From positions 608,001 through 672,000 of the forward strand of contig OZ223264.1 of the NCBI GenBank assembly GCA_965140585.1: a DNA stretch of 64,000 nt, in the 5' to 3' direction. Made by a program: the position numbers and the translations under genes. Below the pieces are notes generated by a model. That model saw only the letters and a program-made list of their open reading frames with translations, searched no databases and was not told where the DNA came from. This DNA is from Spirochaetia bacterium. GTDB lineage: Bacteria; Spirochaetota; Spirochaetia; UBA9216. This document shows, piece after piece, positions 10,311 to 21,047 of the stretch (the first letter of the stretch is position 1; every line of letters begins with the position of its first letter).

Positions 10311-10910
10311 ATGTTTAAAAGTATTGCAAGTATTTCAAGCCTTTTACTTTTAACCGTGATTGTTTCAGTCAGCCCGCATATTGCGGATAGTATAATTGCA
10401 TATTATGACGGAGACGTTTTCATAAGCAGGAGTACCGAGGAGATTTTTGCCGACTTCGGTTTAGTGATTGAAAATGGTGATCAGATAGAAACCGGGATTG
10501 CCTCCACTGCTGTTATAGAAACGGCGAGCGGGTCCCGCCATAAATTAAAAGAAAATACAGTAATTATATTTGATGACCGGCCTGCTGAAACAAGAATCTC
10601 ACTTGTAGAGGGAGCCCTTTTTTCAAAAATCAACAGGCTTGCCGGGAGAGCATATTCTGTAAAAACACCGTCTGCAGTAGCCGGAGTAAGAGGAACAGAA
10701 TTCTTCATGGCCTAGGGTCGTACTGTCGAAGAATCTCCTGATATCTGGCTCTGTGTAAATGAAGGCACAGTTGAAGTTCAAATACCTGAAACAGGGGGAT
10801 TCTGTTCTTGTTGAGGAAGGAAAGAGGATAAGCATCTTTGGCGGCACGCGTTTTTCTGAGCCTGAATATTACTCCTGGACTGAAGACCTTAACTGGAATA
10901 CTGATCCTTC
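10311..10910 (+). pseudogene. FecR-domain exported protein, disrupted
   Basis: Signal peptide, GDQIETG, TPSAVAGVRGTEF. In-frame TAG at 10713 is followed by GRTVEESPDIWLCVNEGTVEV, then an extra G in a G5 run near 10794 shifts the frame to DSVLVEEG. Confidence 0.75.
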
Positions 10911-11142
10911 AGTAAGCTATGGAGTATATTTCCCGCTTAATTTTGGTGATACTCTTGTATAAGAACATGGTCCATACCTGAATATTATGTATCATCTCAG
11001 CGACCTGATTAAGATTGAACTTTCCGGAGAATATTCAACCATATTCTGGAGTACCAGTGAAGACAGCCTGGAGGCCGGTGATCTGTACATCATAGATACT
11101 CATCGATACCGGCTGTCGCTTGGCCTTGTTTTTAAAATATAA
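10911..11142 (+). pseudogene. C-terminal remnant of a probable outer-membrane beta-barrel protein
   Basis: The frame continues past TAA at 10960 as EHGPYLNIMYHLSDLIKIELSGEY...YRLSLGLVFKI*, an alternating beta-strand pattern. Confidence 0.45.
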
Positions 11143-11201
11143 GATTTCTGTAATCTGTGATAGAGTGGGGTAGACTAAGAGTATGGGCTTGGAGGCACAG
11201 A

Positions 11202-12488
11202 TTGAGAATCCGAAGAAAATTACAGAAAGCAGCAGTATTACTAATTATTTTGATATGCTCGGCTGCACCGGCTTTTTCCTACCCATTCTCAACATACAAT
11301 CACAGTGAAAACCCGGTGTTTCTTTCCGTAGACTACGGCGGAATGGAAAGAGAGTATTTTGAATCCGGATTTTCAAATAGCCTGACGGCAGGCAGCAGTT
11401 ATTTCAATTTCCCCGGTATTTTTTTGAACGGAAGCCTGTTAGATCTTGATCAGATGTCTGTAGATCTGGAAGGGGATCCACTCAAGGTTTTTATGCTTGG
11501 TTCCTCCGAATTCCATTCAACTATTTCGATTCTTGATATAAGCCTCGGAGGATATTTAAATATTGATGCCGCTGTAAGTCCTGAGCTTCCTTATGGAATT
11601 GTGGATGTTTTTGCCAACGGAATTGATTTTGAAAGTGATGAAACCGAGCTGGTTTCCTATACCGGAGAGGCCTCGGTTTATGGAAGGGCTTTTGTGAAAT
11701 CGGGTATATATTTCGGCTACCAGGCTGAGAACTGGGTTGCAGGCGTAAAAACAGGTCCGTATGTTCCTGTTTTATATACCGATCCCGATTCAAGCTATAT
11801 GTACAGTCTTAGTGCTGATGCAGAGGCGGCTCTTGAGGCTGTCTTAAACGGAAATTTTTCCGCCTATTCTCCCTACGACTACAATAACCTTCCTGATTTT
11901 ACCGGTGATACTGTAATTTCGCTGTTTAAAGATATTGCAGGCTATAATCTGGATCTTGGGTTTACATGGCTAAAGGATGATAAGCCGCTTTGGGGGGTGG
12001 GACTCACCGGAATCACCCTTTTTCCAGCAACTCTTAACTATTCCACAAGTATCACAGTTGATGCCTCGGCTGCGGTTAATGCACTTGCCTCTTTCAGCGA
12101 CAGTGATATGTTTTCTTCCGATTCCGCCGACCCCGAATTCACTTCTTCAGACAGTGCTGCATATGCGGTATATCTGCCGCTCAGGTTTGGCGGGTTTTAC
12201 CGGTTTGATGTTTTTGGTGCAGCCGATATCATTACCTCGGCAGGTTTATGCTATGACAGCGGAGAGCTGCTGCCTGACTTTAATGTTGGAGCTATATTTC
12301 CGGCATTCCCTCTGGTATACGGAAACATCGGCTATCAGGATGCACTGTGGAGGGGGAATTTCGGTTTGAAACTTGATCTCAGGGTGATTGAGTTTGGCTT
12401 TGATCTTGGAACTGTCAGCCCGAAGTTCAGTACATTTTTTAATGCACCTGGAGTCTATTTGTCGATGTATTCATCAATTGGTTTTTAG
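11202..12488 (+). CDS. Exported protein, probable outer-membrane beta-barrel
   Basis: GGAGG RBS before TTG at 11202; signal peptide (APAFS); Gly/aromatic-rich strands such as GYNLDLGF; C-terminal Phe. Confidence 0.65.
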   Translation: MRIRRKLQKAAVLLIILICSAAPAFSYPFSTYNHSENPVFLSVDYGGMEREYFESGFSNSLTAGSSYFNFPGIFLNGSLLDLDQMSVDLEGDPLKVFMLGSSEFHSTISILDISLGGYLNIDAAVSPELPYGIVDVFANGIDFESDETELVSYTGEASVYGRAFVKSGIYFGYQAENWVAGVKTGPYVPVLYTDPDSSYMYSLSADAEAALEAVLNGNFSAYSPYDYNNLPDFTGDTVISLFKDIAGYNLDLGFTWLKDDKPLWGVGLTGITLFPATLNYSTSITVDASAAVNALASFSDSDMFSSDSADPEFTSSDSAAYAVYLPLRFGGFYRFDVFGAADIITSAGLCYDSGELLPDFNVGAIFPAFPLVYGNIGYQDALWRGNFGLKLDLRVIEFGFDLGTVSPKFSTFFNAPGVYLSMYSSIGF

Positions 12489-12520
12489 ATAAAAAAGGCA
12501 CAGGATTACCTGAAATTACA

Positions 12521-13582
12521 TCAAACAGGAGTTATATAACCGGTTGTAAGCGGGTCGAGCTGAGTCTCACTTACATTATCAATAAACTCCTCGACTATCT
12601 GCTCAATCGAATCCTGCTTTCCGTCCAGATGAGCAATATGGAATACTGCGTCGCCCTCATTTACCAGAGGAAGAGTCTGCTGTCCGATTACAATGCCGTC
12701 CTTCTCAGCCTTTATCTCCACTTCAAAATGGCCCAGCGGCGCATTAATAAAAGCAAGGGTCTGCCCTTTCCTGACTTTGTCGCCCAGAGAAACAATGGTT
12801 CGCATGATTCCGTCATGGCTTGCCCGCAGCCATGTGGTTGATTTTGCAATGTAGGAGGCCGGCGGTTTTCTGGCTGAGCGTGAAAGCATTTTAAGACTGT
12901 ACATCACTCTTTTTATTCCTGTAATTCCGGCATGGATTGCGATCGGGTCGAATTTCAGTGCTTCTCCGCCCTCGTAGGTTATCACCGTAATTCCGGCTTT
13001 TTCAGCTTCTCCCCGAAGGGAGCCGTGCCTTGGTTCTGAATCAAGAATTACCGGTGTGGCGAATATCTGTGCCAGTTCAAGCGCTTTTTTGTTGGATAGG
13101 TTTACTCTTATATGGGGGAGATTTGTCCGGTAGATTGCTCCGGTATGCAGATCTATTATGTAATCGCATTTCAGGGCCAGGTCATTAAAGAACGTGGCGG
13201 CTGTACGTGATGCCAGAGAGCCGGTATCGCTTCCGGGGAAGCAGTGATTTAAGTCTCTTCGATCAGGCAGGTAGCGTGATTTCTGTGTGAATCCCAGAAC
13301 ATTCACGATAGGAACGCAAATTAATGTTCCATGCAGTTTTTCCGGTGAGATCATATTTATCATCTGCCGAACGATCTCAACTCCGTTGAGCTCATCTCCA
13401 TGAATGGCAGCGTTAATCATCAGAACGGGACCCTTCTTTTTCCCATGTATTATTTCTACAGGAATTGAGAGCGGGGTACTGGTGTACAGTCTTGCCGCTT
13501 CAAGATCTATGACTTTCCGGGTTCCGGGCAGAACTTCCTCCTGCAAAAAATGATATGAGTCAGCCCTGTTATCCTTTGCCAC
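12521..13582 (-). CDS. Succinylglutamate desuccinylase/aspartoacylase family (M14) protein
   Basis: [21 protein letters not shown] motifs; follows rimK. Confidence 0.9.
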   Translation of the reverse strand: MAKDNRADSYHFLQEEVLPGTRKVIDLEAARLYTSTPLSIPVEIIHGKKKGPVLMINAAIHGDELNGVEIVRQMINMISPEKLHGTLICVPIVNVLGFTQKSRYLPDRRDLNHCFPGSDTGSLASRTAATFFNDLALKCDYIIDLHTGAIYRTNLPHIRVNLSNKKALELAQIFATPVILDSEPRHGSLRGEAEKAGITVITYEGGEALKFDPIAIHAGITGIKRVMYSLKMLSRSARKPPASYIAKSTTWLRASHDGIMRTIVSLGDKVRKGQTLAFINAPLGHFEVEIKAEKDGIVIGQQTLPLVNEGDAVFHIAHLDGKQDSIEQIVEEFIDNVSETQLDPLTTGYITPV

Positions 13583-14474
13583 GGGTCTTTGTTCCTTTTA
13601 TTGCTGCATTTTTTTCAATGAAATTAATAATCATGCCTGCTATATCCTCTCCGGAAGCCTTCTCTATTCCTTCAAGCCCGGGAGATGAATTGACTTCCAT
13701 TACAAGCGGCCCCCTGTGTGAACGGAGGATATCCACACCTGCAACGTTGAGACCCATTATTTTAGCTGCCTCCACTGCGGTTTTCCTCTCCTGAGGGGTT
13801 ATCTTAATCAAAGAAGCGGAACCCCCGCGGTGAAGATTGGAACGAAACTCGCCTTCGGCTCCCTGGCGTTTCATTGCTGCTATTACTTTGTCGCCTATTA
13901 CAAAGCATCGGATATCAGCTCCTCCGGCCTCTTTGATATACTCCTGGACCATGATATTAGCCTTGAGGCCCATGAAGGCTTCAATAACACTTTCTGCGGC
14001 CTTTCTGGTTTCGGCAAGAACTACTCCTATGCCCTGCGTCCCCTCCAGCAGCTTGATCACTACCGGAGCTCCTCCTACCATGTGCAGCAGGTCCTTGATG
14101 TCATCAGGTTTGCTGGCAAATCCGGTGATGGGCATTCCTATTCCCTTTCTGGACAGCAGCTGCATAGAGCGAAGTTTGTCCCTTGAACGGCTGATGGCTA
14201 CAGATTCATTTACAGGAAAAACTCTCATCATCTCAAACTGGCGCAGAACCGCGGTTCCGTAGAATGTTACCGACGCACCGATTCTTGGAATAATTGCATT
14301 ATAGCCGGACAGCTCCTCACCCTTAAAATGGATCTCCGGTTTGTCCGAGTTTATATTCATATAGCAGCGTAGTACATCAATTACTTTGACATCATGTCCG
14401 CGTTCCTCTGCGGCTGACACCAGTCGTTTTGTTGAATACAGTTCTGAATTTCTTGATAGAATTCCTATTTTCAT
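13569..14474 (-). CDS. rimK: RimK ATP-grasp alpha-L-glutamate ligase
   Basis: [39 protein letters not shown]. Confidence 0.95.
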   Translation of the reverse strand: MKIGILSRNSELYSTKRLVSAAEERGHDVKVIDVLRCYMNINSDKPEIHFKGEELSGYNAIIPRIGASVTFYGTAVLRQFEMMRVFPVNESVAISRSRDKLRSMQLLSRKGIGMPITGFASKPDDIKDLLHMVGGAPVVIKLLEGTQGIGVVLAETRKAAESVIEAFMGLKANIMVQEYIKEAGGADIRCFVIGDKVIAAMKRQGAEGEFRSNLHRGGSASLIKITPQERKTAVEAAKIMGLNVAGVDILRSHRGPLVMEVNSSPGLEGIEKASGEDIAGMIINFIEKNAAIKGTKTRGKG

Positions 14475-14923
14475 CTATCAGCCTCCGCTTTGGGAGATGT
14501 CAGAAAAGAAAGGCCCGGATCGACGAGCACTCGTTGGTGCATTGCAGTCCGCCCAAGCAGCATTCTGAATCTCATGTTTTCTCTGTTAGTGATGGTGATT
14601 TCGATTGGCCAGCTTTTATCCGCCAGTTTTAATTCTGTACAGATCACATCCCTGATTTCTTCGTGCCCGCCGGAATCCCTGACGCTGCGGGTGTCGAGGA
14701 TCGGAGCTTCACATTCAATAACCTGTTCCTGATCATGCTGAACCGGATGAATCCAGAATCGCAGCCAGGGGGTATCTTCCTTTGTAAAATGTTCAGTCCT
14801 GAAGGCATGCAGGCATGATGTTCTTGCACCTGTATCGATTTTTGCCTTGATATCTGTTATTCCGAGGGCGGGGAGGCTGACGAACTCGCGCCATCCCACT
14901 GTCAATTTATCTTCACTCTTCAA
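14471..14923 (-). CDS. RimK-associated protease (RimB-like, retropepsin fold)
   Basis: [23 protein letters not shown]; overlaps the rimK start. Confidence 0.9.
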   Translation of the reverse strand: MKSEDKLTVGWREFVSLPALGITDIKAKIDTGARTSCLHAFRTEHFTKEDTPWLRFWIHPVQHDQEQVIECEAPILDTRSVRDSGGHEEIRDVICTELKLADKSWPIEITITNRENMRFRMLLGRTAMHQRVLVDPGLSFLTSPKAEADR

Positions 14924-15026
14924 TCCCTCTTTTCTCCATATGCCGGCTCAGGGCATAAAAATATCAGGATGGCAAATAATAGGGAAAGTTGTTAACAGTG
15001 TCAATCAAGCTGTAACTGTTGGATAT

Positions 15027-15866
15027 TTATTTTACACTAAAAAAATCAAGGATTGATTCCGGTACTTTGAAGTCGCCTCTGCCGATGCCCAGTTTGATTT
15101 CAGGTCTGTTTTCTCCGTGAAAATCAGTCCCTCCCGATTTTATAAAATCAAACTCTTCTATATATCCTGCACAGCGACGCATATCTTCTTCAGTGTACGA
15201 TGGATAATGATATTCAATTCCGTCCAGACCAAAATCCTTCAGTTCTTTCAGTCGTCGCCGGGCTTCAGCATCTGTATATCCCTTCAGGCCGATTGGCAGG
15301 TGATAATGTGCCATCACAGCCTTTCCTCCCGCAGAATGTATTGCCGAAAACGCATCCTGCGGTGAAATAAGTTCACCTTCTATATAAGGGATCTTGTCAA
15401 GATAATTAATCCAGGCAAAATATATCCTCTGTGCATGGCCTCTGGATACTATACATTTTGCAATTGCGTGGCGATCCATAAACCCGCCTGAGATAAAAGG
15501 TTCAGCATCACTGCGGTTTATTTCAAGTCCCATTCTGTGCAGGTCATCAAAAACATGCTCAAGCCTCTCTTCTCTGAGAGTCCTGAACCGGATATAAGTA
15601 TTCATGAATTCATCGTTTTCGGGATCAATTCCAAGACCAAGAATATGAATCAGCCGGTTCTCGCCGTATGAAACACTGAACTCTATACCCTTTATAAGGG
15701 TTAGTCCTGTTCTGTCGGCTTCCTCCTGAGCTTCATTGAGTCCGCCAATGTTATCATGATCGGTCAGGGCCAGAGCTGAAAGTCCGGTCTGTTTTGCAAG
15801 ATTAACAAGTTCTTTCGGACTTGCTGTTCCGTCTGAAATAGTTGAGTGAGCATGCAGGTCTATCAT
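15027..15866 (-). CDS. PHP-domain phosphoesterase
   Basis: DLHAHSTISDG, ALTDHD, GGTDFHG; ATG at 15866 preferred. Confidence 0.9.
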   Translation of the reverse strand: MIDLHAHSTISDGTASPKELVNLAKQTGLSALALTDHDNIGGLNEAQEEADRTGLTLIKGIEFSVSYGENRLIHILGLGIDPENDEFMNTYIRFRTLREERLEHVFDDLHRMGLEINRSDAEPFISGGFMDRHAIAKCIVSRGHAQRIYFAWINYLDKIPYIEGELISPQDAFSAIHSAGGKAVMAHYHLPIGLKGYTDAEARRRLKELKDFGLDGIEYHYPSYTEEDMRRCAGYIEEFDFIKSGGTDFHGENRPEIKLGIGRGDFKVPESILDFFSVK

Positions 15867-15993
15867 CGGTACTAAACTGCCATATGTTTCAATAGATATC
15901 AACAGGGATATATTGTTTTAATGCATTTCTTAATTATGTTTGGTCTGAATTATCTTGATTAATTTTGTTCAAAATGCGTTTTTAAAGTAAACA

Positions 15994-16671
15994 ATGAAAA
16001 GATTTCTTGTCCTGGCTTCGGCCATATATCTAATTTTTATTCTCGGCTCCTGTACCACTACAACAACTTACGGCATAATGCCGAATACTGTAGCCAGATA
16101 TTTAAATCGAAACGGTTATGACTTTGGAAAATATTATGTGAGTTCTCTGAGTCATATGCGAAGTTTTAATTATCATGAACGCGGGTATATGGTATATGAG
16201 GATCTTGAAAAAGTGTGGAAAGCTTATACTGAAACAGAACCAAGGATTGCTTTTGACGGGCGAATAATCGATTTTGGACTTCTTTATGATCCGGAAGCAT
16301 CGACTGTTTATACCAGCGAGGATGTAAGCCCTTTTTTCGCAAAAGGGCAAATATATATCTTAAATCTAAAAGTTCTCGGGTTTTATAATTTTCCAATTGC
16401 CTTCCAGGTTTCAAAAATAGATTCAAGATCAAAAATGTTCGAATTTATATACATGCAGAAGAATATTGTAAACGGAGTTCAGAGGGTGTATTTTTATTCT
16501 TTCTTTGATGAGTATGGGCATCCGGTTACAAAGATCAGACACATTTCGTTTTTTAAAAGCAGCAGCGGTTTTCTGGATAAAATTCTTTACCCGCAGTTTC
16601 ATCAGCAGACTATAGATGATTTCCATAAAAGTATTTTTAGAGTGAATCATTTAATCTGGTCTGCTGAATAG
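15994..16671 (+). CDS. Hypothetical lipoprotein
   Basis: 225-aa ORF with lipobox LGSC; paralogous to the remnant at 22407-22946. Confidence 0.75.
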   Translation: MKRFLVLASAIYLIFILGSCTTTTTYGIMPNTVARYLNRNGYDFGKYYVSSLSHMRSFNYHERGYMVYEDLEKVWKAYTETEPRIAFDGRIIDFGLLYDPEASTVYTSEDVSPFFAKGQIYILNLKVLGFYNFPIAFQVSKIDSRSKMFEFIYMQKNIVNGVQRVYFYSFFDEYGHPVTKIRHISFFKSSSGFLDKILYPQFHQQTIDDFHKSIFRVNHLIWSAE

Positions 16672-16827
16672 CTGTGTTTACAATAATGGGTTCAATATCG
16701 CCTCTTGTCCCAATGGATAATAAAACGAATTCCATATTAAAAGTATATTATAAATTTGTCATATAAAAAAATATTTGGTATATATACAGTATACTGACCG
16801 AATTTATTCTGATAAGCTTCATTCCAT

Positions 16828-17601
16828 ATGAAAGATGCAGAAGACCGATATATAATTCCGAATTTATGGAGAGCCCTGGATTTGCTGGAATTCCTGGCAA
16901 ATGAACCTGAAGGAAAGACTATCTCTGAGATTGTTGATGCTATGAAAATTCCTACCAATTCAGTCTTCCGGATATGCAAAACCCTGTCGGCCAGAGGATA
17001 TATAGCACAGAAATACAAACGGTATGAAGTGAGCAGTCTGCTGTTTTCTCTTGGTGCAAAGGCCATAGCAGAAGACGGACTGCTTGAGAAAATAATTCCT
17101 GAAATGCGTGAACTTAGAAATGAAACAAAAGAAACCGTCATTCTGGGTACACTTTCCGATGGAATGGGAGTGGTTCTTGAACAGATTCCCGGACTCTATC
17201 CGATGAAGGTAATTGTAGAAATTGGACACCGATTCGGTCTGCATAATACCGCACCGGGGAAGGCCTTCCTGGCTTTTCTTCCTGAAAACGAAAAGACTGA
17301 GCTGCTGAAAGATTATAAATACACTAAATATACCTCAACAACAATCACGTCAGAGAAGGCTCTGCTTGAAGAACTGGAGAGTATCAGCAGGACGTGGATA
17401 TCATATGATATGGAAGAATCTGATGAAGGAGTCAGGTGTATAGGATGTCCTGTTCTAAACAGTTACGGCTACCCTGTTGCTGTATTATGGGTGACCGGTC
17501 CATCTTCACGTCTGAATGATGAAAATCTTGATAAAACTGCAGAACGACTGAAGCAGTCGGCTTTCAGTGTTTCAAGGTCTTTCGGATATTTTGATAAGTA
17601 A
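16828..17601 (+). CDS. IclR-family transcriptional regulator
   Basis: N-terminal HTH; HNTAPGKAFLA; DMEESDEGVRCIGCPV. Confidence 0.92.
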   Translation: MKDAEDRYIIPNLWRALDLLEFLANEPEGKTISEIVDAMKIPTNSVFRICKTLSARGYIAQKYKRYEVSSLLFSLGAKAIAEDGLLEKIIPEMRELRNETKETVILGTLSDGMGVVLEQIPGLYPMKVIVEIGHRFGLHNTAPGKAFLAFLPENEKTELLKDYKYTKYTSTTITSEKALLEELESISRTWISYDMEESDEGVRCIGCPVLNSYGYPVAVLWVTGPSSRLNDENLDKTAERLKQSAFSVSRSFGYFDK

Positions 17602-17649
17602 AATTCACAGAAAATAAAATCTTAAAAATTTTCAATATCAAAACATTTT

Positions 17650-17695
17650 TATCATATAAAATTTTATTTGACAAATAAGTTTTCATATGTAAAAA
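17650..17695 (+). promoter_or_regulatory. Promoter of the ADH-AOR operon with putative operator copies
   Basis: TTGACA at 17668 is flanked by TATCATATAAAA (17650) and TTTCATATGTAA (17681). Confidence 0.5.
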
Positions 17696-17713
17696 TCACT
17701 CGAGGAAAAGAAA

Positions 17714-18880
17714 ATGGTAAAAGATTTTATGTATTATGATCCCGTCAAACTCGTCTTCGGAGAGGGTGCTCTAAATAAAACCGGAGAGTATGCATCGCAA
17801 TGGGGGAAAAAAGCTCTGATTGTTACAACCGGTAGATTTTTTGAAGAGATCGGCCTTGTTTCAAGATTAAAGAATGTTCTGACCGAAAGCGGTATGGATT
17901 CAGTCTATTTTCCGGATGTCAGTCCAAACCCTCTGAATACGGAAATTGATGCGGGAGCTGCGCTTGCAAAGAAAGAAGGCTGCGAGATGTTTATCGGGCT
18001 CGGCGGCGGATCTGCTATCGATGCAGCAAAGGGCATGGCTGTTGCCTGCGGGCACGCTTCTCCTATCTGGGATTTCTGTGTAGGTGAAGAGGTGAAAGAG
18101 ATAACTGAGAAGACGATGCCTATTATTGCGATAACCACAACATCGGGAACCGGCAGTGAAGCCACACAGTGGGCTGTTATAACCAATTCCGAAACCAAGC
18201 AGAAACCGGGAATAGGCTGTGATTATACTTTTGCAAAGATTGCAATAGTAGACCCTGAATTAATGGTTTCAATGCCGCCTAAAATTACTGCATCAACCGG
18301 ATTTGATACTCTTGCACATGCAATAGAAGCCTATACAAGCACAAGCGCAACTCCGCTGACGGATATGATGTGTGAAACTGCAATCAGACATGTCGGAAAG
18401 TATTTGAGACGTGCAGTTAAAGACGGCAATGACCGTGAAGCAAGAAATGGAATGGCCTATGCAAATACTCTTGCAGGCATCGGTATTGCCAACGGTGTGG
18501 TCACTGTCTGTCACGGCCTGGCTCATTCTGTCGGAGGCGTCTGTAGTACTACACACGGAGAAACTCTTGCCTGTATGACACCCCAGACTATGCGCTTTTC
18601 AATGAGAGCTAATCCGGACAAGTTCAAAAATATCGGTATGTTTCTCAGAGATGAAAAAATGAATGAGGGGCAGGATCTTCTTGAGGACAGCGTCGTGGAA
18701 GTTGAAATGCTGATTCATGATTTGGGTCTGGATACGGGACTTGCTGCACTTGGTGTTCAAGATAAGCATATCGAACAGATTGCTGACGGGGTAATTGCCT
18801 ATATGGGTGATTCGATAGAGATAGACCCGATGGACCTGTCGAAAGAAGATTTAATTAATATCCTGCAGGAGTCTATGTAG
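17714..18880 (+). CDS. Iron-containing alcohol dehydrogenase
   Basis: GLGGGSAIDAAK, TTSGTGSE, DTLAHAIE, HGLAH. Confidence 0.93.
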   Translation: MVKDFMYYDPVKLVFGEGALNKTGEYASQWGKKALIVTTGRFFEEIGLVSRLKNVLTESGMDSVYFPDVSPNPLNTEIDAGAALAKKEGCEMFIGLGGGSAIDAAKGMAVACGHASPIWDFCVGEEVKEITEKTMPIIAITTTSGTGSEATQWAVITNSETKQKPGIGCDYTFAKIAIVDPELMVSMPPKITASTGFDTLAHAIEAYTSTSATPLTDMMCETAIRHVGKYLRRAVKDGNDREARNGMAYANTLAGIGIANGVVTVCHGLAHSVGGVCSTTHGETLACMTPQTMRFSMRANPDKFKNIGMFLRDEKMNEGQDLLEDSVVEVEMLIHDLGLDTGLAALGVQDKHIEQIADGVIAYMGDSIEIDPMDLSKEDLINILQESM

Positions 18881-18907
18881 CCTGTATCTGATGGGGAACA
18901 AAGAATA

Positions 18908-20746
18908 ATGAAAGGATATATGGGAAAAATTCTTCGTGTCAATTTAACTGATCGGGAAATCAGTCAGGAGATACTCGAAGAAGATGCCGCCTGGCTTTTC
19001 ATAGGCGGATGCGGTCTTGGAACTAAAATTCTGATTGAAGAAACCGGGCCGGAAACGGATCCCTTAGGGCCTGAAAATGTACTTATTTTTGCAACAGGAC
19101 CTCTGAATGGTTCTGCCCTATTTAATTCAGACAGGTTCGATCTTGTCAGTAAATCTCCGCTGACCGGCATATATGCGGAATCAAGTGCTGGAGGATACTG
19201 GGGCAACAAATTTAAACGAACCGGATATGATGCCCTGGTTGTGAAGGGTGCTTCCGATAAACCCGTTTACATCAATATTACAGATGAAAAGGTTGAAATC
19301 AAAGATGCCTCAGGTCTTTGGGGAAAGGATACCTTTGATACTACAGATATGCTGAAAAAGCTCGAAGGAGAATCCGCAAGAGCTGCAGTCATCGGTGAGG
19401 CCGGTGAAAAGCAGGTTCTTATCTCTTGTATAATTACAGACGGACTTCATGGCAGAGCTCTGGGCAGATGCGGACTTGGGGCGGTTATGGGTTCCAAAAT
19501 GCTGAAAGCTGTTGTCGTTAACGGAAACAAGCAGATCGAAATGGATAGTCCGGAACAGATCAGAAATATATCAAAGAAAATGAGCGGAATTATAAAAAAC
19601 GACATGAAGGCTATGAAGGATGCCGGAACGGCAAACGGACTTCAGGCCTCGGAGGAACTTGGGAATCTCCCCATAAAGAACTGGTATCAGGGCAGCTGGC
19701 CGGAGGGAGCCGCAAAGACTACCGGCTATGCACTTTCGGAGACTCTTCTTTCAGGTACGTATAACTGCGGAAGCTGTATGATCAAATGCGGCAGAAAAGT
19801 GATTGCTGCTGGCGGCCGTCATGACGGGAAAGAGGTCGCAGGTCCTGAGTATGAAACAATGGGTCTGCTTGGTGCGAATTTGCTCAATGATGATATCCCT
19901 ACAATTCTAAAAGCTAATGAACTATGCAACAGCTATGGGCTTGATACAATTTCAGCAGGAGGCGTTCTCGGCTTCGCGATGGAAGCCTGGGAAAGAGGCT
20001 TGATAAATGAAAACGATACCGGCGGAATTAAACTGGAATGGGGAAGCCGTGAAGCTATTATTTCCATGCTTGAGCAGATAGGTGAAAATAAATTATTCGG
20101 TGCAGTTCTTGGACAGGGAGTAAAACGGGCATCAGAATCACTCGGGGGAATTGCTTCTGAGTTTGCTGCTGAAGTAAAAGGTCTTGAACCTCCCGCACAT
20201 GACGGCCGGGCAAAATATACAGCAGCAATCGGTATGGCCACCTCTGCACGAGGGGCATGTCATTTATCCGGGTTTGCACATGATTTTGAAGAAGGCGCGG
20301 TTCTTAAGGACCTGGGCTCTCCACCGCTGACTGATCGTTTTACCACTGAAGGAAAGGCCGATAACGTTGTCCGTATGCAGAACCTTATGGGGATGCTGGA
20401 CTCTGCAGTTGCCTGTAAATTCGCCCTGTTCGGAGGATTGACTGTTGATTCGCTAATTGATGCTATAAATGCAGTTACCGGCTGGGATATGGGCCGTGAT
20501 GAATTTTTCAAAACCGGAGAACGAATCTTCAATCTTAAAAGGCTTTATAATATCAGGATGGGAATAAGCAGAAAGGATGACAGACTTCCGGTCAGGATGA
20601 TGAACCATCGGCGAGGCGGCGGTACCGATATGCTTCCTCCCCTGAATATAATGCTTAATGAATATTATCGGCTCAGGGGCTGGGATGAGCTTGGGCTTCC
20701 CTCAATTGAAAAAACAGAAGAACTTGGTTTGTCGGAATACATATAA
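18908..20746 (+). CDS. aor: Aldehyde:ferredoxin oxidoreductase (tungstopterin AOR family)
   Basis: KSPLTG, GLGAVMGSK, CGSCMIKC, GPEYET, GLDTIS, RGACH. Confidence 0.93.
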   Translation: MKGYMGKILRVNLTDREISQEILEEDAAWLFIGGCGLGTKILIEETGPETDPLGPENVLIFATGPLNGSALFNSDRFDLVSKSPLTGIYAESSAGGYWGNKFKRTGYDALVVKGASDKPVYINITDEKVEIKDASGLWGKDTFDTTDMLKKLEGESARAAVIGEAGEKQVLISCIITDGLHGRALGRCGLGAVMGSKMLKAVVVNGNKQIEMDSPEQIRNISKKMSGIIKNDMKAMKDAGTANGLQASEELGNLPIKNWYQGSWPEGAAKTTGYALSETLLSGTYNCGSCMIKCGRKVIAAGGRHDGKEVAGPEYETMGLLGANLLNDDIPTILKANELCNSYGLDTISAGGVLGFAMEAWERGLINENDTGGIKLEWGSREAIISMLEQIGENKLFGAVLGQGVKRASESLGGIASEFAAEVKGLEPPAHDGRAKYTAAIGMATSARGACHLSGFAHDFEEGAVLKDLGSPPLTDRFTTEGKADNVVRMQNLMGMLDSAVACKFALFGGLTVDSLIDAINAVTGWDMGRDEFFKTGERIFNLKRLYNIRMGISRKDDRLPVRMMNHRRGGGTDMLPPLNIMLNEYYRLRGWDELGLPSIEKTEELGLSEYI

Positions 20747-20747
20747 T

Positions 20748-21017
20748 ATGCCCTTTGTGTATGTCTCAGGATATCTTGAAAAATATATTAATATTCAGGG
20801 AAAAATTAATATAAAGGGTGATACTGTTCAGCGGGCAATCGAAAATATTTCACAGCTTTATCCGGAGCTTGAACTAAAGCTTTTTCGGAACGGAACCATC
20901 AGCAGGCAGATAATTATCCTTGTCGACGGAACAGATATCCGAAAGCTTGATAATGAAAAAACCGAAATCGGAAAAGATACCATTATCAGGCTTATGCCGT
21001 CACTGGTAGGCGGTTGA
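20748..21017 (+). CDS. moaD: MoaD/ThiS-family sulfur carrier
   Basis: 89-aa ubiquitin-like protein ending in GG, directly after AOR. Confidence 0.85.
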   Translation: MPFVYVSGYLEKYINIQGKINIKGDTVQRAIENISQLYPELELKLFRNGTISRQIIILVDGTDIRKLDNEKTEIGKDTIIRLMPSLVGG

Positions 21018-21047
21018 AATTAATTTAACAGGTTAGGCAATTTAATT

